A program made the position numbers and the translations under genes. Shown here one piece after another: positions 1 through 12,407 of a DNA stretch of 64,000 bases; the stretch's first letter is position 1; every line of letters begins with the position of its first letter. The DNA lies in the NCBI RefSeq assembly GCF_000372725.1, contig NW_005202368.1:216045-280044 (forward strand). The letters run 5' to 3'. The stretch comes from Emiliania huxleyi CCMP1516 (Eukaryota). Under the pieces are notes generated by a model. That model was not told the DNA's origin. It searched no databases and saw only the letters and a program-made list of their open reading frames with translations.

Positions 1-187
1 CCAAGCCCCTCACAGACGGGACAAATAAGCACGCGAACGGCTCTGACGCTGCGTGGAAGGGGCGTGGCGGCTCCCCCCCCCGCTCCGCGGCAACCGGAAT
101 ATACAGCGGCCATCGGCTGGCTGCCGCCGAGCTGTGCCGCCGGGGTGCGAAGTCAGGGTGGCGCTGGTGAGTGAGCCCGTTTGTAGA

Positions 188-1490
188 CCTCGTTCACGAC
201 GTGCAGCTGCCGGAGGGCGAGGATGCCTGCCGAGTCAAAGGAGGGACTCAACGAGCATTAGCCGGCGAATGACGAGCCGCTGCCGGAGGGCGTGGGAATG
301 CCGAGAATGGTCGGCAGCAGCGTGAGCCACACCCACCGCCCGCGCTGCAGCCGCAGCCAGCGCACGGTCAGCACGGCGCCGTAGGTGTTTGACGCGCTCA
401 TCGCGAGCACGAAGAAAGCGCGTACCGCGTCGGAGCCTGTTCATTAATGCGGACTACAATTCGCCAGCTGCTTATTCGAGAGCGCGCGCTCCGCGTCGGA
501 GCCAGGCAGCAGCATGGAGAGGTTTGAGCCGCCCGTCCCAAACTCAAGCACCTGCGGGGAGATCTGGGGAGATATGGGGAGATGTGGCGAGATGTGGCGA
601 GAGATGGCGAGAGATGGCGGAGAGGTGGCGAGAGATGGCGGAGAGATGGCGGAGAAGGGCGAGAGCCGGGAGTACGGCGGAACGCGTCCTCTCGAGCGCT
701 CGTCGGAACTCGAGAAAAAAGAATTCTACGCGCCGGCGCACCGCCTCGCCGGCAATGACAAGCTGCAGCCCCGGCCGCTGCGGCGAGAAGAAGACCCATC
801 CGTGGAAGGCGAGGCAGACCTGTGTGCAGCGTAGTCAAGCCGTCGACTCACTCGTGTTTGGTACGACCCAACCGTGGAAGAGCTCAGGCAGACCTCGTGG
901 TGGGCGAGGACGGGGAGATGTGGGGAGGTGTGGGGGGGTGCGGGGAGATGTGGGGAGGTGTGGGGCGATATGGGGAGATGTGGGGAGATGTGGGGAGTGA
1001 TGGGGAGATGTGGGGAGTAATGGGGGGATGTGGGGAGATATGGGGAGATGTGGGGAGATGTGGGGAGATGTGGGGAGATGTGGGGGAGATGTGGGGAGAT
1101 GTGGGGAGTAATGGGACGATGTGGGGAGATGTGGGGAGATGTGGGGAGGTGTGGGGAGGTGTGGGGAGGTGTGGGGAGATGTGGGGAGGTGTGGGGAGGT
1201 GTGGGGAGGTGTGGGGGAGGTGTGGGGAGGTGTGGGGAGGTGTGGGGAGGTGTGGGGGAGGTGTGGGGAGGTGTGGGGAGATGTGCACCACGTGGTGGGC
1301 GAGGACGTTGGTCTTCATCGGCACGAGGAGCAGGTCGAAGGTGAAGAAGAGGCCGAACACGTATCCGAACGCCCACTCCCATACCTGTCGGTGCGACGAG
1401 CCCGCGGCTAGAGTTCACACGCAGAGAGAGTCGGGTCTCACCGCGTGCGTCCTCCGCGGACGCGGAAGACGCAATGCTGCTGCCCTCCCC
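188..1490 (-). CDS. TLC (TRAM/LAG1/CLN8)-like membrane protein, multi-exon; both ends uncertain
   Basis: Hand-spliced exons read VWEWAFGYVFGLFFTFDLLLVPMKTNVLAHHV|VCLAFHGWVFFSPQRPGLQLVIAGEA|VLEFGTGGSNLSMLLPG|SDAVRAFFVLAMSASNTYGAVLTVRWLR...LLPTILG|ILALRQLHVVNE; HH motif plus downstream E in hydrophobic helices. Confidence 0.6.
912..1284. repeat. Intronic 10-11 nt minisatellite (GGGGAGATGT/GGGGAGGTGT); similar tract at 557-650
   Basis: Visible tandem array within the intron 820-1288. Confidence 0.95.
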
Positions 1491-3020
1491 ACTGTCTAGT
1501 GTCCACTCTGACTGCCTCTGTGTGAGTACGCAGAGGTGAGAGGGGTGTGTCGCCCTTCTGAATGCCTCGATGATGCGGCAGACGGCGCCGCCGGCGAGGG
1601 CCGACTGTGCCCGCGGTGCGGTGTATGGCGTGGTGGATGGCTAGCGGCGACAGACAGGGTTGGCATGATCTTGTCAGCCACTGTGCTCGCTGCCTCTTCC
1701 TCGGCTGTTTGCTGGGACCGCCTGCCTGCCTCGCTGCTCCCCTTCTGAACGTCTCTCCGGTGTCTGTCGTCGAGACTGGCGAGCGGCTGGTCTCTGGTCT
1801 CTGGTCCGGGGCGGTGCGCGTGTGTGAGTACGCGGCGGGCAGGGGTGTGAAGACCGCCTCGTGCCATGTCCTCGGGGCACCGCGTGCGCACACGCAGATG
1901 CGGACGCAGGGAGGCTGTAGGACGGCGGAGAGTCGCGTACCCTCAGTGTCTCCGAGACCTCGCGAGCGGGCAGGGATTCACAGCAGGGCAGTGTGGGCTG
2001 GGGTGGGCAGGGCGGTGTGGGTTTCACACCCGGGGCAGGTAGGGGATCGGGCAGGCCAGTTGTGCGGCAGTGTGCGGGCAGGGCAGTGCGGCAGGGCAGG
2101 GCAGGGGCAGGGCGCAGCAGTTGGGTCTACAGCGGAGCGCAGCGTGGTCTGTCGGGTCTATCCCCCGCGTCTAGGCGCGCGGCCGCACCCCCGACGGCGT
2201 GCGCAGCCACGCCTCGTTCCACCGCTCGAGCCGCCGCGGCGTGGGGAAGAGCGGTGAGCCGCCCCCTTTCGACGCACACAGCGCCGCGAGCAGCGCCGGA
2301 AGGACGCCGAGCCTACGCGCTGAATGCGCCAACCTCGGGGGCGGGAGGACGGTCTTGTGCAGAGTGTAGCCCCGCGGCAGCGCGAGGGATGCGGATACAG
2401 TGAGCACAGCGGGATGTGGTCGAGTACAGCTGAATGCGTGCCCTCTCGAGCTTTGGTTGGAGTGCAAAGATGCGTGTTCCGCGTCTACAGTCACTAGCTG
2501 CATCCCCACGCCAAAAGCGCAGCGCCAGAAGGGCACTCCGCCTCCCGACTGCATCGAGTCGCCTGTGCTCACAGCTGGAGGCGTGAAGCAGACGCCGCTC
2601 GCGCGGCCGCGGTGTGGACCGCGCCACTCTCGCCGAGGTAGCCTCGGAGCACGCCGCGCGCCGCATACGCAACCACCACCTGAGGCGAAGAGAGAGGCGG
2701 CATAGGCATGTGAGCAGACTCTCGCAGGCGCCGCGCCGCCGCGCCGGTGGACGCAAAGCGAGCGCTAGTGTGGCGCCGCGGCGCTGTCTCGCCGCATCGT
2801 AGCCTCTCACCCACGCGGCTCCTATCAGCCGGCCGAGCGCGTGCGAGTCGGCCGGCGACGTCTGCGACGTGGCGTGCGCAAGGCGCCGCGCGGTCGGAGC
2901 CTGCCACAGGTTGCCAAAGCTCGACGACTCCTTCATCCGGCGGGACCAGGCTGTGTGTGCTCTCCGATCGGGCGCCCTTCGTACTGTGGTTGGTCACGCG
3001 ATTTCTTCTTTTCTAGAAAC

Positions 3021-3035
3021 CCAAACAGCCTTCCC

Positions 3036-3070
<35 letters not shown>

Positions 3071-3076
3071 CAAACA
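3021..3076 (+). mobile_element. Ultra-truncated non-LTR retroelement 3' end GCCTTCCC(ATCA)n with 7-bp TSD CCAAACA
   Basis: CCAAACA at 3021-3027 and 3070-3076; same GCCTTCCCATCAATCAATCAA end at 6924-6944. Confidence 0.65.
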
Positions 3077-3144
3077 CAGGCGGCGACGAGCTCGTAAAGG
3101 AGCACAAGTTGCGAGCGAGACAGCAGCCATGACGATGATGATTC

Positions 3145-3290
3145 AATAAATAAAAACGGACACCTCTCTGTACCACGGAGCACTGCTTTTCCGAAACGTC
3201 TCTGTTCTTGGGCAGGGTTCTTTTGTGGCATGTGGGTGTGGTCGGCGACGAGAGCCGGGGTCGTCCTCCCGAGGGGGGGGACTAGCCCCT
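3145..3290 (-). mobile_element. Dispersed repeat with (TTTA)n-like tail; homologous copy at 62229-62372
   Basis: Shared AAATAAA..AACGG, GCAGGGTTCTTT, GGTGTGGTCGGCG, GGGGTCGTCCTCCCGA and GACTAGC blocks in the same order. Confidence 0.6.
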
Positions 3291-3977
3291 AAAGCCGTAG
3301 CGCGCGCGAAAGCGTGGTATCTGACAGGTCCCACGTCGCTCCTTTGACGCCGACGTGACTCACCCGTCAGATCACATCAGGACACGGTCTCGACGCGCTC
3401 GGTACGACGCCTGCGACCCGTCTCGGGTCAGGTGGCACGACGCTCATCGCGCCTGTGCCAGCGCTGCCGTGCAGGTTGCCACGACGAGGTCGAGCACGCT
3501 TCTATACGCTCGCCCAGCCTTCCTTTCCATCCCATTAGGCAGCCTGGGAACGGTGGCGGTCAGAGGCAAAGCCTACGAGGGGTGGTGGAACCACATGTCA
3601 CGGCCACCGCCGGCTCGACCCCACGATAGCGGCCTCCGAAGGCTGACTTTGAGGCACAACCATCGGACGATGTCGACGAATTGGGTCGCTCTCGCGGTAG
3701 CCAGATGGCCTCCCATACTACAGTATCATCGGCCATGGCCGCAGGAAGCGCGGGGGAGGGCGCTGGGAGCAACACGGAGCTCCGTGTTGGACGCCAATCC
3801 GTGTCCCCTCATCCCTCGTCACAACCCGACACGGAAGAGCGGCAAGAGTGTTGGGGCTGCGGCTACGGCTGCGGCTAGAGCCGTACGAGAGGGGCCGGGC
3901 GGTCGCGGGAGAGCCGCTGCGCCGCGTGTTTTCAAGATTAGCGTGTCAGAGTGAAATCGAACTAGCCTCACTGCACA

Positions 3978-4028
3978 AGGTCTCACTCCTCTCAATCTCT
4001 ATAAGAAAGACTAGAGATTTCCATGACT
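3978..4028 (+). mobile_element. Solo terminal fragment of the TIR element at 19792-21428
   Basis: Near-identical to 21379-21427 (AGGTCTCACTCCTCTCAATCTC..TAAGAAAGACTAGAGATT.CCATGACT). Confidence 0.8.
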
Positions 4029-4053
4029 TAACATATCGCGGCGCCTCCTCCTG

Positions 4054-5747
4054 TCAGATCTCCCCCCGCTCTCCCAGCACCATCTGCCACCACGCCAGCC
4101 CCCCCCCCGGCGCGGCGGCGCGCTCGAGCCCGCGCACGTAGCACTTGTGGTGCGCCGCCGCGTCGGGGTGCACCGCCCGGTGCAGGTGGAGCACCCGATC
4201 GCGCTGCGCGCGCGGCACGCGTCGCGCGCCCCCGCCGACAGGGTCGAGGTAGACTAGCTCTCCCCCAGGCCAGTGCGTGTACCCTCCCAAAGTCTCGAGG
4301 GCGCCAGTGCTGCTCTTGCCGCCGAGCGAGAGGGCGGCGGCGCGCAGCAGCGGCACCTCGAGCGGAGCGGAGAACTAGCCGAGATGCGGCCGAGGTGCGG
4401 CCGAGATGCGGCCGAGATGCCGCCGAGATGCCGCCGAGATGCCGCCGAGATGCCGCCGAGATGCCGCCGAGATGCCGCCGAGATGCCGCCGAGGTGCCGC
4501 CGAAATTTGGCCGAGATGCCGCCGAGATCTGGCCGAGGTGCCGCCGAGATTTGGCCGAGATGCCGCCGAGATCTGGTCGAGGTGCCGCCGAGATTTGGCC
4601 GAGATGCCGCCGAGATCTGGCCGAGGTGCCGCCGAGATTTGGCCGAGATCTGCACCTCCGAGCCGAGCAGGCGCGGCACGGCGTCGGCGCCAAAGACAAA
4701 GGACTGCGCCCGCACCTTGGGTCAGGCGGGCGGGTGCGGCGGGGCAGGGGGGAGAGTGCGGGGCAGGCCATGGGCCGCAAGGCGGGGGAGAGGCGGAGTT
4801 GTACGCCCTCACCCGCCGCATCGCAGCTCCGCGGAGCTCGCCGTGGAAGGCGGCGGGGGATCCGTACGTGAAGGCGAGCACCTGAGAGGGGCGAGGGGCG
4901 GTGAGGCGCCTGAGAGGGCGAGGGGGGCGGTGAGGCGCCGGGGCACTCGTCCACACACACGAGGGTGGTGGGGCGAGGAAGCACCTCCCTAACCCTAACC
5001 CTAACCCTAACCCTAACCCTAACCCTAACCTCTGCGGGCGCGTCCTCCGCACCCGCGTCGCCACTGGCGCAAGGCAGCAAGCCGGCGCCGAGCAGCGTCA
5101 TCGCTAGCGCGCCGCCGAGGCTGTGGCCGCACAGGGCGAGCCTCTCACACGGACGGACGCGCAGCTCCGCCTCGACCACCTCGCGCAGCTCCTACCACGC
5201 TGGACGGACCAGTCATCCCATGGTGCGTCTGTGTCTTCCTCCCCTCGACCGCCTCGCGCCGCTCCTCGGCCGCCGCGCGGGCGGCGCGCAGGAAGCCCGA
5301 GTGGAACGCGTCGCCCGCGCCGGTCTGCTCGGGCGCAGCCATCAGGTCGTGCACCACGTCGGCGAGCGAGGCGGTGCCGCGGAAGGCGACCCAGAGGGTG
5401 CCCGACTCGGCGTCGCGCGCGACCAGCCACTGCGCTCCTCTCGAGTCGCGCTGCGGCGAGAAGCGGACGAGCTCCATCCCGGAGCCGAGAAGCGCGAGGC
5501 CAGCCTCGACCTCGCGCCTCTTCTCGGCGTACGCGAGCCACGACAGCCGCGCGCCGAGCAGCGGCGCCTCCAGCTCCGCCGGCGACAGCCTCTCACCGCC
5601 GTCGACCCGCGGCAGGCTGAGCTCCGCCCGCGAGGCGTGGCTGAGGCTGTCGGCGGCCTGGCTGATCCAGCGCCGCCAGTCGTTTGCGGCGGCGACCGGC
5701 GCGGCCAGCAGTGCGACCCATAGGGCGGTGCACACACACTTGCACAT
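4054..5747 (-). CDS. Class 3 lipase (alpha/beta hydrolase), multi-exon, probable signal peptide
   Basis: MCKCVCTALWVALLAAPVAAA leader; VAFRGT, HSGF, GHSLGG nucleophile elbow, TYGSP, DAVPRL and late HH motifs in successive exons. Confidence 0.85.
4378..4650. repeat. Intronic GCCGAGAT-based ~11 nt minisatellite
   Basis: Tandem GCCGCCGAGAT variants between two lipase exons. Confidence 0.95.
4987..5030. repeat. Interstitial telomere-like (CCCTAA)7 in a lipase intron
   Basis: Seven perfect CCCTAA units. Confidence 0.95.
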
Positions 5748-6004
5748 GCACACGTATCTGATGTGCCTGTTGTGTTCGTCTGCGCCAGTCGCGGGTGGCG
5801 GTGGGGGCTTGTGCTCTCTCGAGGTTCTCGAGGTGGATATCCTTTGGCCGCGTTGGGTAGCGGATTGGTGCCTGTGTGAGAAATCTTTTATGGAGGGGGG
5901 TCCGGAGTTCCTCGCAAGTAATCTCGGGTGCTCAGATATCATAGGACCTCGTATGGCCGAGGGGGACGGACACTTACACACCAACGCACACCAATCACGC
6001 CCGG

Positions 6005-6460
<456 letters not shown>

Positions 6461-6792
6461 CATTCGTTAGTATTCCAGGAGCAGCGAAAGGCGCGGGCGG
6501 CGCGAGGTGGCGGCGCGACTGCGCGGCTCGATTGAGTTATTCTTCTGGGGTAAGATGGAGGGATATGAGTTGACCTCGAGTACAGTATTCCACGTCCTAA
6601 CCTAATTAGTTAATTCATTAATTAATTACGTATTGTATTCCGCGCTGGGTAATAGTAAGTATTCCAGGAAGGCAGGGCGCGAGGCGGAGCTGTCTCGACG
6701 CAGTGTACCACCACCCACGCTGTAGATAGACAGAAAACTGCAATTCCCTTCCCCCCTCGGAGGGGGCCGGGAGAGGCGTACCCCGAGGACCC

Positions 6793-6944
6793 GCTCTTTC
6801 CCCTTCCCCCCTCGGAGTGTCTTGTCTTGTGGTTCTGTGTGTCGCTCCTGTGTGACCGTCATCGCCCGTCCTGCGTCCACCCATACCGCGTTGGTGTCCC
6901 AGTCGTTGGTCGGACTGTGTTTCGCCTTCCCATCAATCAATCAA
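6793..6944 (+). mobile_element. Non-LTR retroelement 3' UTR remnant with (ATCA)n tail
   Basis: Contains CCCATACCGCGTTGGTGTCC shared with the TACA-tailed copies; flanked by an imperfect 34-nt direct repeat (6759-6792, 6945-6978). Confidence 0.55.
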
Positions 6945-7079
6945 GGAGGGTGCCGGGAGAGGCGTAACCCGAGGGCCCTCAACCCCCTAGTCTTGCGAGG
7001 GGTGGATGCTAACCTCGCGTGGGTAGGAGGTGCTCTGCGAACTGCCTCGCGCGAGGGGAGTGTGGCATCTCTTGCGAGT

Positions 7080-7225
7080 CTGAGTAACAAACTTTCGCAC
7101 GCTCAGCACCTCGATGAGGTCACATGGACCACCAAGAACTGGCACGGGCTGCAGATGCAGCGCTTGTCTGTCGTTCTCCACACCGCCGTGGCGTGGCAGA
7201 CGGTGAACGAGCTAGCGTGCGGGGA
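7080..7225 (+). mobile_element. Possible C-terminal fragment of an RLE-type non-LTR retrotransposon ORF
   Basis: NKLSHAQHLDEVTWTTKNWHGLQMQRLSVVLHTAVAWQTVNEL resembles the QRLSVxL terminal helix of CRE-like RLE domains. Confidence 0.45.
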
Positions 7226-7636
7226 CAGCGGCATTGTGCACGGAGCGAAGTGCATTGCCGTTCTTAACGGAGTCGCTTAGGCGGCTCCGGTGGTGTGCCG
7301 GTGATAGTACTAGCACGCGCCAGTTCGCACCTGTGTCGAGCCTGTGTGCTGTGAGAGAGAGTTGTCTTGTTTAAATTCTTTGTTCCGGAAATCGCCGAAA
7401 TCGCCGAAATCGCCGAATCACCGACATCGCCGAACATCGGGTGCGCCCGCTCTCGCCTGCTCTCTCTCGCGCGCCCTGCTCTCTCTCGTGCGCGCCTGCT
7501 CGCGCCTGTCGCGCGCGCGCGCGCGTACGCGCGCGGGGTGTGCCTTGTGCTGTCCGGGCCCGTTCTGCGCGCCCTGCTCAGATGTCTAGAGCGCATTGCC
7601 GCAGGCAGCCATATGGATACGAACCAGAGCGGCGCC

Positions 7637-8159
7637 ATGAAGACGCTCCTCGTCGTCACCGCCGCTTTTGGTGCGCACAAGCGCCATCCATTCGGCCCTA
7701 TTCCCACCGCATGCCCCTTACACAATTAGTAATTGCAGGCGGGGCATGCGTGGGCACCCTGGCCACGCACGCGCTGGCCCCGGCGCCAGCGCTCAAGGAG
7801 TCGTTCGTCGCGGCTGAAAAGATGGAGCCGGCGTTCAAGGTGTGATCTTGTAGCCTTGCCGCGCAGTCGCTTGCTATCTCCGCCCTACCCCCCCCCCCCC
7901 ATTTCCAATGTCTGGCCTGATCCCAGCTCTGCGGGCTCAGATGACGACCGAGAAGATGGCCGTCCCGGCCGAGAAGCTGGCCGTTCCGGAGAAGCTGGCC
8001 ATCCTGGCCGAGGTCGAGATGCCGGACGAGAAGCACTTGGAGCACTGCGATGGGGAACTCGTGTGCACTGGGACGAAGTGCACCTGCCAACGAAAGGCCA
8101 TCACCGACATCCAGCAGATGCTGGCCCTCCGCCGCAGCACGGCGCCGCACAGCAGGTAG
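7637..8159 (+). CDS. Small putatively secreted protein, 3 exons, Cys cluster
   Basis: Two GT-AG introns join in frame: MKTLLVVTAAFG|GACVGTLATHALAP...AFK|MTTEKMAVPAEK...CDGELVCTGTKCTCQRK... Confidence 0.6.
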
Positions 8160-9793
8160 GCATGAAAATGAAGACAAGTGGGCACGCAAGTGGTGGCGCC
8201 TCAAGAAACGTCGGCCAGTGTCGTGACCCCCTGGAACACCCGTACCCCCGCACCATCTCCGTCGCTTGGTTCTATAACCTATAACCTTGCCACCACCGGG
8301 AGCGCCGGCCAGGACTCATGGACTCGGTCGAGAGACCCCAGATTGGCACTCATGCCTCTCTGGACAGGGTGGAATTGCGACTCGCCGCTTTCCTCCCGCT
8401 GTGATTTTGTGTGAGCTCTGTGTCTCTTGATTTGCCAACAATAGACATTGTACAACGTCATTTCGCGTTGTCGATTTCGTTTCTCGTGACTGTGTATCTC
8501 CGCCGCAATGGGAGTTAGCGCGCTCGCTCGCAGAGCGGCGCCTGCTAGCCGAGCGCGAATACCTGGGTCGCTGAGCTCGCGCCGGTGGCCAACTGCGCCT
8601 CCGTGGCGACGCGCTCCGGCCACGAGCGACGTGCCAATCTGCACTTTGAGTCGAGATGCCGGACGAGAGAAGGTCAAAATGCCGACGAGAAAGCTTGTGG
8701 TCCGCCTGACCACCCCCCTTGCCAAAAAGCAGGTAAAAGGCTCTGTCCGCAGCGGCCGCGGATAGGCAAGCGGAGCCGCAGAAATGTTCGTTGAAGTGAG
8801 ATCTAAGCTGGCTGGAAGCTGGAACAGTGGCCGTTGTTGTTGAGAACAGGCGGGGGTGCGTTTTCTCAGTGGATCCAAGGATCGCTCATGTTCTCGCCCC
8901 GAGGCCCGAGCCACTTTTCATTGAAACAAATGAGGCTGCGCGCCCATCATTTAGACTTCTAGGACATTACAGTGGCCAGGCGCGGGGCTTGCATTTTTGT
9001 CGTCGTGACAGTCGCCGTCTCAGTCAGCCACACACCTCACACTGAACAGCACCTAACCTGCGCGCCGCCCGTTTTTAAACTGGCAGAGCCGTGCGGCACC
9101 CAGCAGCACGGCGCGCTCTCTCTACGCGCACCACATGCATTACGCACACGCGCCTCGTTCCGCAACGCGGCTCCGAAGTGACTGAGGGCCAGTGAGGGCG
9201 AGCCCAAGTCCCGCAGCGGGTCAGTCGTGAGGGAGCGAACACCCGAGCGCGAGATGCAGATGGGGGGGCGACAATGCATCGGTGTCGCTCCCCGCACACA
9301 ACGCAAACCCCCTGTCTACAATCTCCACCCCCGGGGATGTCCTTAAGAGCCACATACACTGAAAAAGTAGGAGCAGACGACAGATGGGCTAGGATACAGT
9401 GGCGGATGAGACACGGGTGTCTGGGCGAGGGGTGAGGGGGTGGCTGGGTGAACTCGATCGAATGATTCGGCGCGCGTTCTTTCAACGTGTGTGCCGCCCA
9501 CAAAGATCATGCGGCGGCGGCGGCGCCGGCGCTAATGCGGTCGAGCGACTTCTTTATGTCCTGCGCCGCGGGGGTGGTGCTGGTGTGGGGTTGATGGCAG
9601 GGGGTGGGTGCACGGAGACAGCAGAGGCAAGGACGGACGCCGGGGGGCGGGCTGCGGCGGGCATCTCGTTCTCTCCTGCGCCATGCCAGGCGGCGTCGGC
9701 TGGATTGCTTCGGCCACCTGACATCAGTGAGCGGTTGGTACACATCAACGGCTTCAGCGCTACTCGACACATCACACACGCACCAAAAAAGTG

Positions 9794-11450
9794 TCACGAA
9801 CTGCGGTCGGCCGGCGTGCGCTGCGCGAGGATCTCCGCCGCGCGGGACGGCTTCATTGCGTCGACCGCCGCGTCGCTGTACCCGAGCCCGGACAGCTCCT
9901 CCCGCATGGCCCGCGTAATCATGAACTGCACAGAAGCCACGTACTCGCCGGCGCCGCCGCCGGCCGGGCCGGCGCCGCCGCCAGCGGAGGACGGCGCGCC
10001 GCCTGGGCCTCCGCCCCTCGCCTCGCGCGACGGACCGCCCTTTGGGTACGCGACCTTGGACGCGAGCCACCCGTAGCTGCCGCGCCCGTGCTGGCCAGGG
10101 TACCCCCCCGGCTGGCCCTGCTGCCCCGGCTTGTCCTGCTGCTTTCGTAGCCGCGCCATCTCCTCCGCCACCTTCGCCTCCGCCGCCCGCGCCCTGTCCT
10201 GCAGCCGCTGCTGCGGCGGCGGCTGCGGGAAGCCTTGCGAAGCCCGCTCGCGCTGCTGCAGCAGCTCGCGCTCTCGTTGCTGCTGCTGCTGCATGCCCTG
10301 CATGCCCTGCGTCGCTCCTCCCACGCCACTCATGCCGGGCACCGCACCTCCCATCCCTCCCCCAAGTGCCGCCCCTCCCACCCCAGGCGCCGGTCCCGCC
10401 ATGCCAGGCCCCGCCCCCCCGTCCGGCCTCCCCCCTCCCCCCGCCCCCGGAGGGTACCCAGCGCCCTGCGAGCCGCCCGCGTACCTCCCCCCCCGNNNNN
10501 NNNNNNNNNNNNNNNNNNNNNNNNNNNNNNNNNNNNNNNNNNNNNNNNNNNNNNNNNNNNNNNNNNNNNNNNNNNNNNNNNNNNNNNNNNNNNNNATAGC
10601 TGGCCGCCGCCGCAACCACCGAGCCAGGGCCGCCTCCGGCTCCGCCTCCGGTTCCGGTGGAGCTGTCCTGCCGCTGCTGCCGCTCAAAGCCGCCTCCTGG
10701 CGGCGCGCCGCCACCCGCCTGCGGGGGGGCGCCGTAGCCGGGCGCGGCGTCGTAGCCCTGGGCTGCTCCGCCGGCGCCGCCGCCTCCATACGCGCTGCCG
10801 GCGCGTCCGCCTTGGCTGCTGCCGGCGCCTCCGCCGCCGTACCCACCGGCCGATCCTCCCCCAAAGCCGGGAGCCGCGCCCGCCCCAAAGCCCGGGGGCG
10901 CTCCTCCGTAGTCGGGGGGCGCCCCGTAGCCCGGAGGTGCACCCCCAAACGGAGGCGCGCCCCCGAACAGAGGAGGCCCGCCGAGCCCCTGCCCGCCCTG
11001 CCCCTGCCCGGCCTGCCCCTGCCCGCCCGGCCCCTGCCGCGGGTACGCGGCTCCCTGCTGCGGATACCCTCCGGCAGGGTAGGGCGGCGCGCCGCCGTAG
11101 CCGTACGGCTGCTCGCCCTGCGGGGACCGCGGACGCCCTGCGGCCTCGGCGTCGCGGCGCCCAATCCCGACGATGTCCGCGCCGCTCTCGGTGGCTGGCC
11201 GCTGGCGGCCACGCTGGTACGCCGCGAGCCGCTCCTTCTCGCGGAGGGCTCGGAGCCGGTCCATCTCCTGCTTTGGAAGCTCGAGCCGCCCCTGCTCGCG
11301 GAGCCGGTCAACCTGCCGCTGCTGGCCACTGCCGTCCGGCGGACCTCCCTGAGAGCCATCCTCCCGGCCTGCCTGCATCGTCAACGGCGCCAGCCTCGCA
11401 GGCGCCGCCAGCCGGAGGGCCGCTGGGCTGAGCGTGACCGCAAGCCACAT
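9794..11450 (-). CDS. Gly/Pro/Gln-rich protein with organelle-like presequence and conserved-looking C-terminal motif; spans gap 10496-10595
   Basis: MWLAVTLSPAALRLAAPARLAPLTMQ start; C-terminus FMITRAMREELSGLGYSDAAVDAMKPSRAAEIL. Confidence 0.6.
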
Positions 11451-11899
11451 TGTCCGCTCCAAAGATGCAGAGGAGGCTGGGCTGATTGTGCGCCCTCGAA
11501 TTTCTCACGCATGGCACTGTGTGTGTGTGTGTGTGAACCGCCAATGGCAGTTATCCGTTGTTGTGGACGTCGCCGCGGCTCGCCTCTGCCGCGGCGGCTG
11601 CTGCGCGCACGCGGCGGCGCCGCTCTCTCGCGAGACGGCTGGCGACGCGGCTCGCGGCCGACGTACGCTGCGCTCGTCCGACGGTCCGCGGCGTGGCGTG
11701 CGCGGCGCTGCGCGCTGCTCTGCGAGCGCTTCTGCGCTGCTGTCACCCTGCACTGTCTCTCTCTGGTGCTGCTGCTGCTGGTGATGTTGCTGCTGCTGGT
11801 GCATATGCTGCTGCTGGCGCGGCGCGGCTCTGCGACTCGGCTCGAGACGCGCGTCGCGAGCATCTGACACGGCGGCGTCGGGCAGGTTGCGCCTCTCTC

Positions 11900-11934
<35 letters not shown>

Positions 11935-12407
11935 GTGCTGATGCTGCTGCTGGTGCGGAGCGGCTCTCCGACTCGACTCGAGGCGCGCGTCGCGGCAATC
12001 TGACGCGGCGGGCGGCGTCGCGGGCGGCAGCGGTGGCGGCCTCGCGGTGGAGGCTGGAGGCGTGGTGGATCTTTGAGTTTATTTCATGATGGACTACGAG
12101 GACTGGGGGGTCAACCGGGAGGAAGGGGGTTCGACCTGGCGACGGAGGACCGTGGGCCATCGCGGGGACGGGTCCGTCCGGAGGGCGACCCCGGCAGATC
12201 CGGATGGTCTTCACGCCGGTGGGTGGCACCGAGGCGTCTTGGACGCTCAGCTCTACCTTAGCTCCTGAGGGGCGCGTGGTTCTAACCACGTAGTATGACT
12301 ATAGCCCACCACAGACACCCTCCCTGCTCCACACGTGTGCACACACCCTCACCCTCTGCACCGGGGGCGCCTGGAATTATGGCAACGGCTGCTGGGAGCG
12401 AGCAAAG

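Noticed and set aside
2171..2997. Possible multi-exon minus-strand gene
   Set aside because: Could not build a consistent spliced frame or recognise a domain
3355..3954. 199-aa ORF
   Set aside because: No motif; lies between repeat remnants
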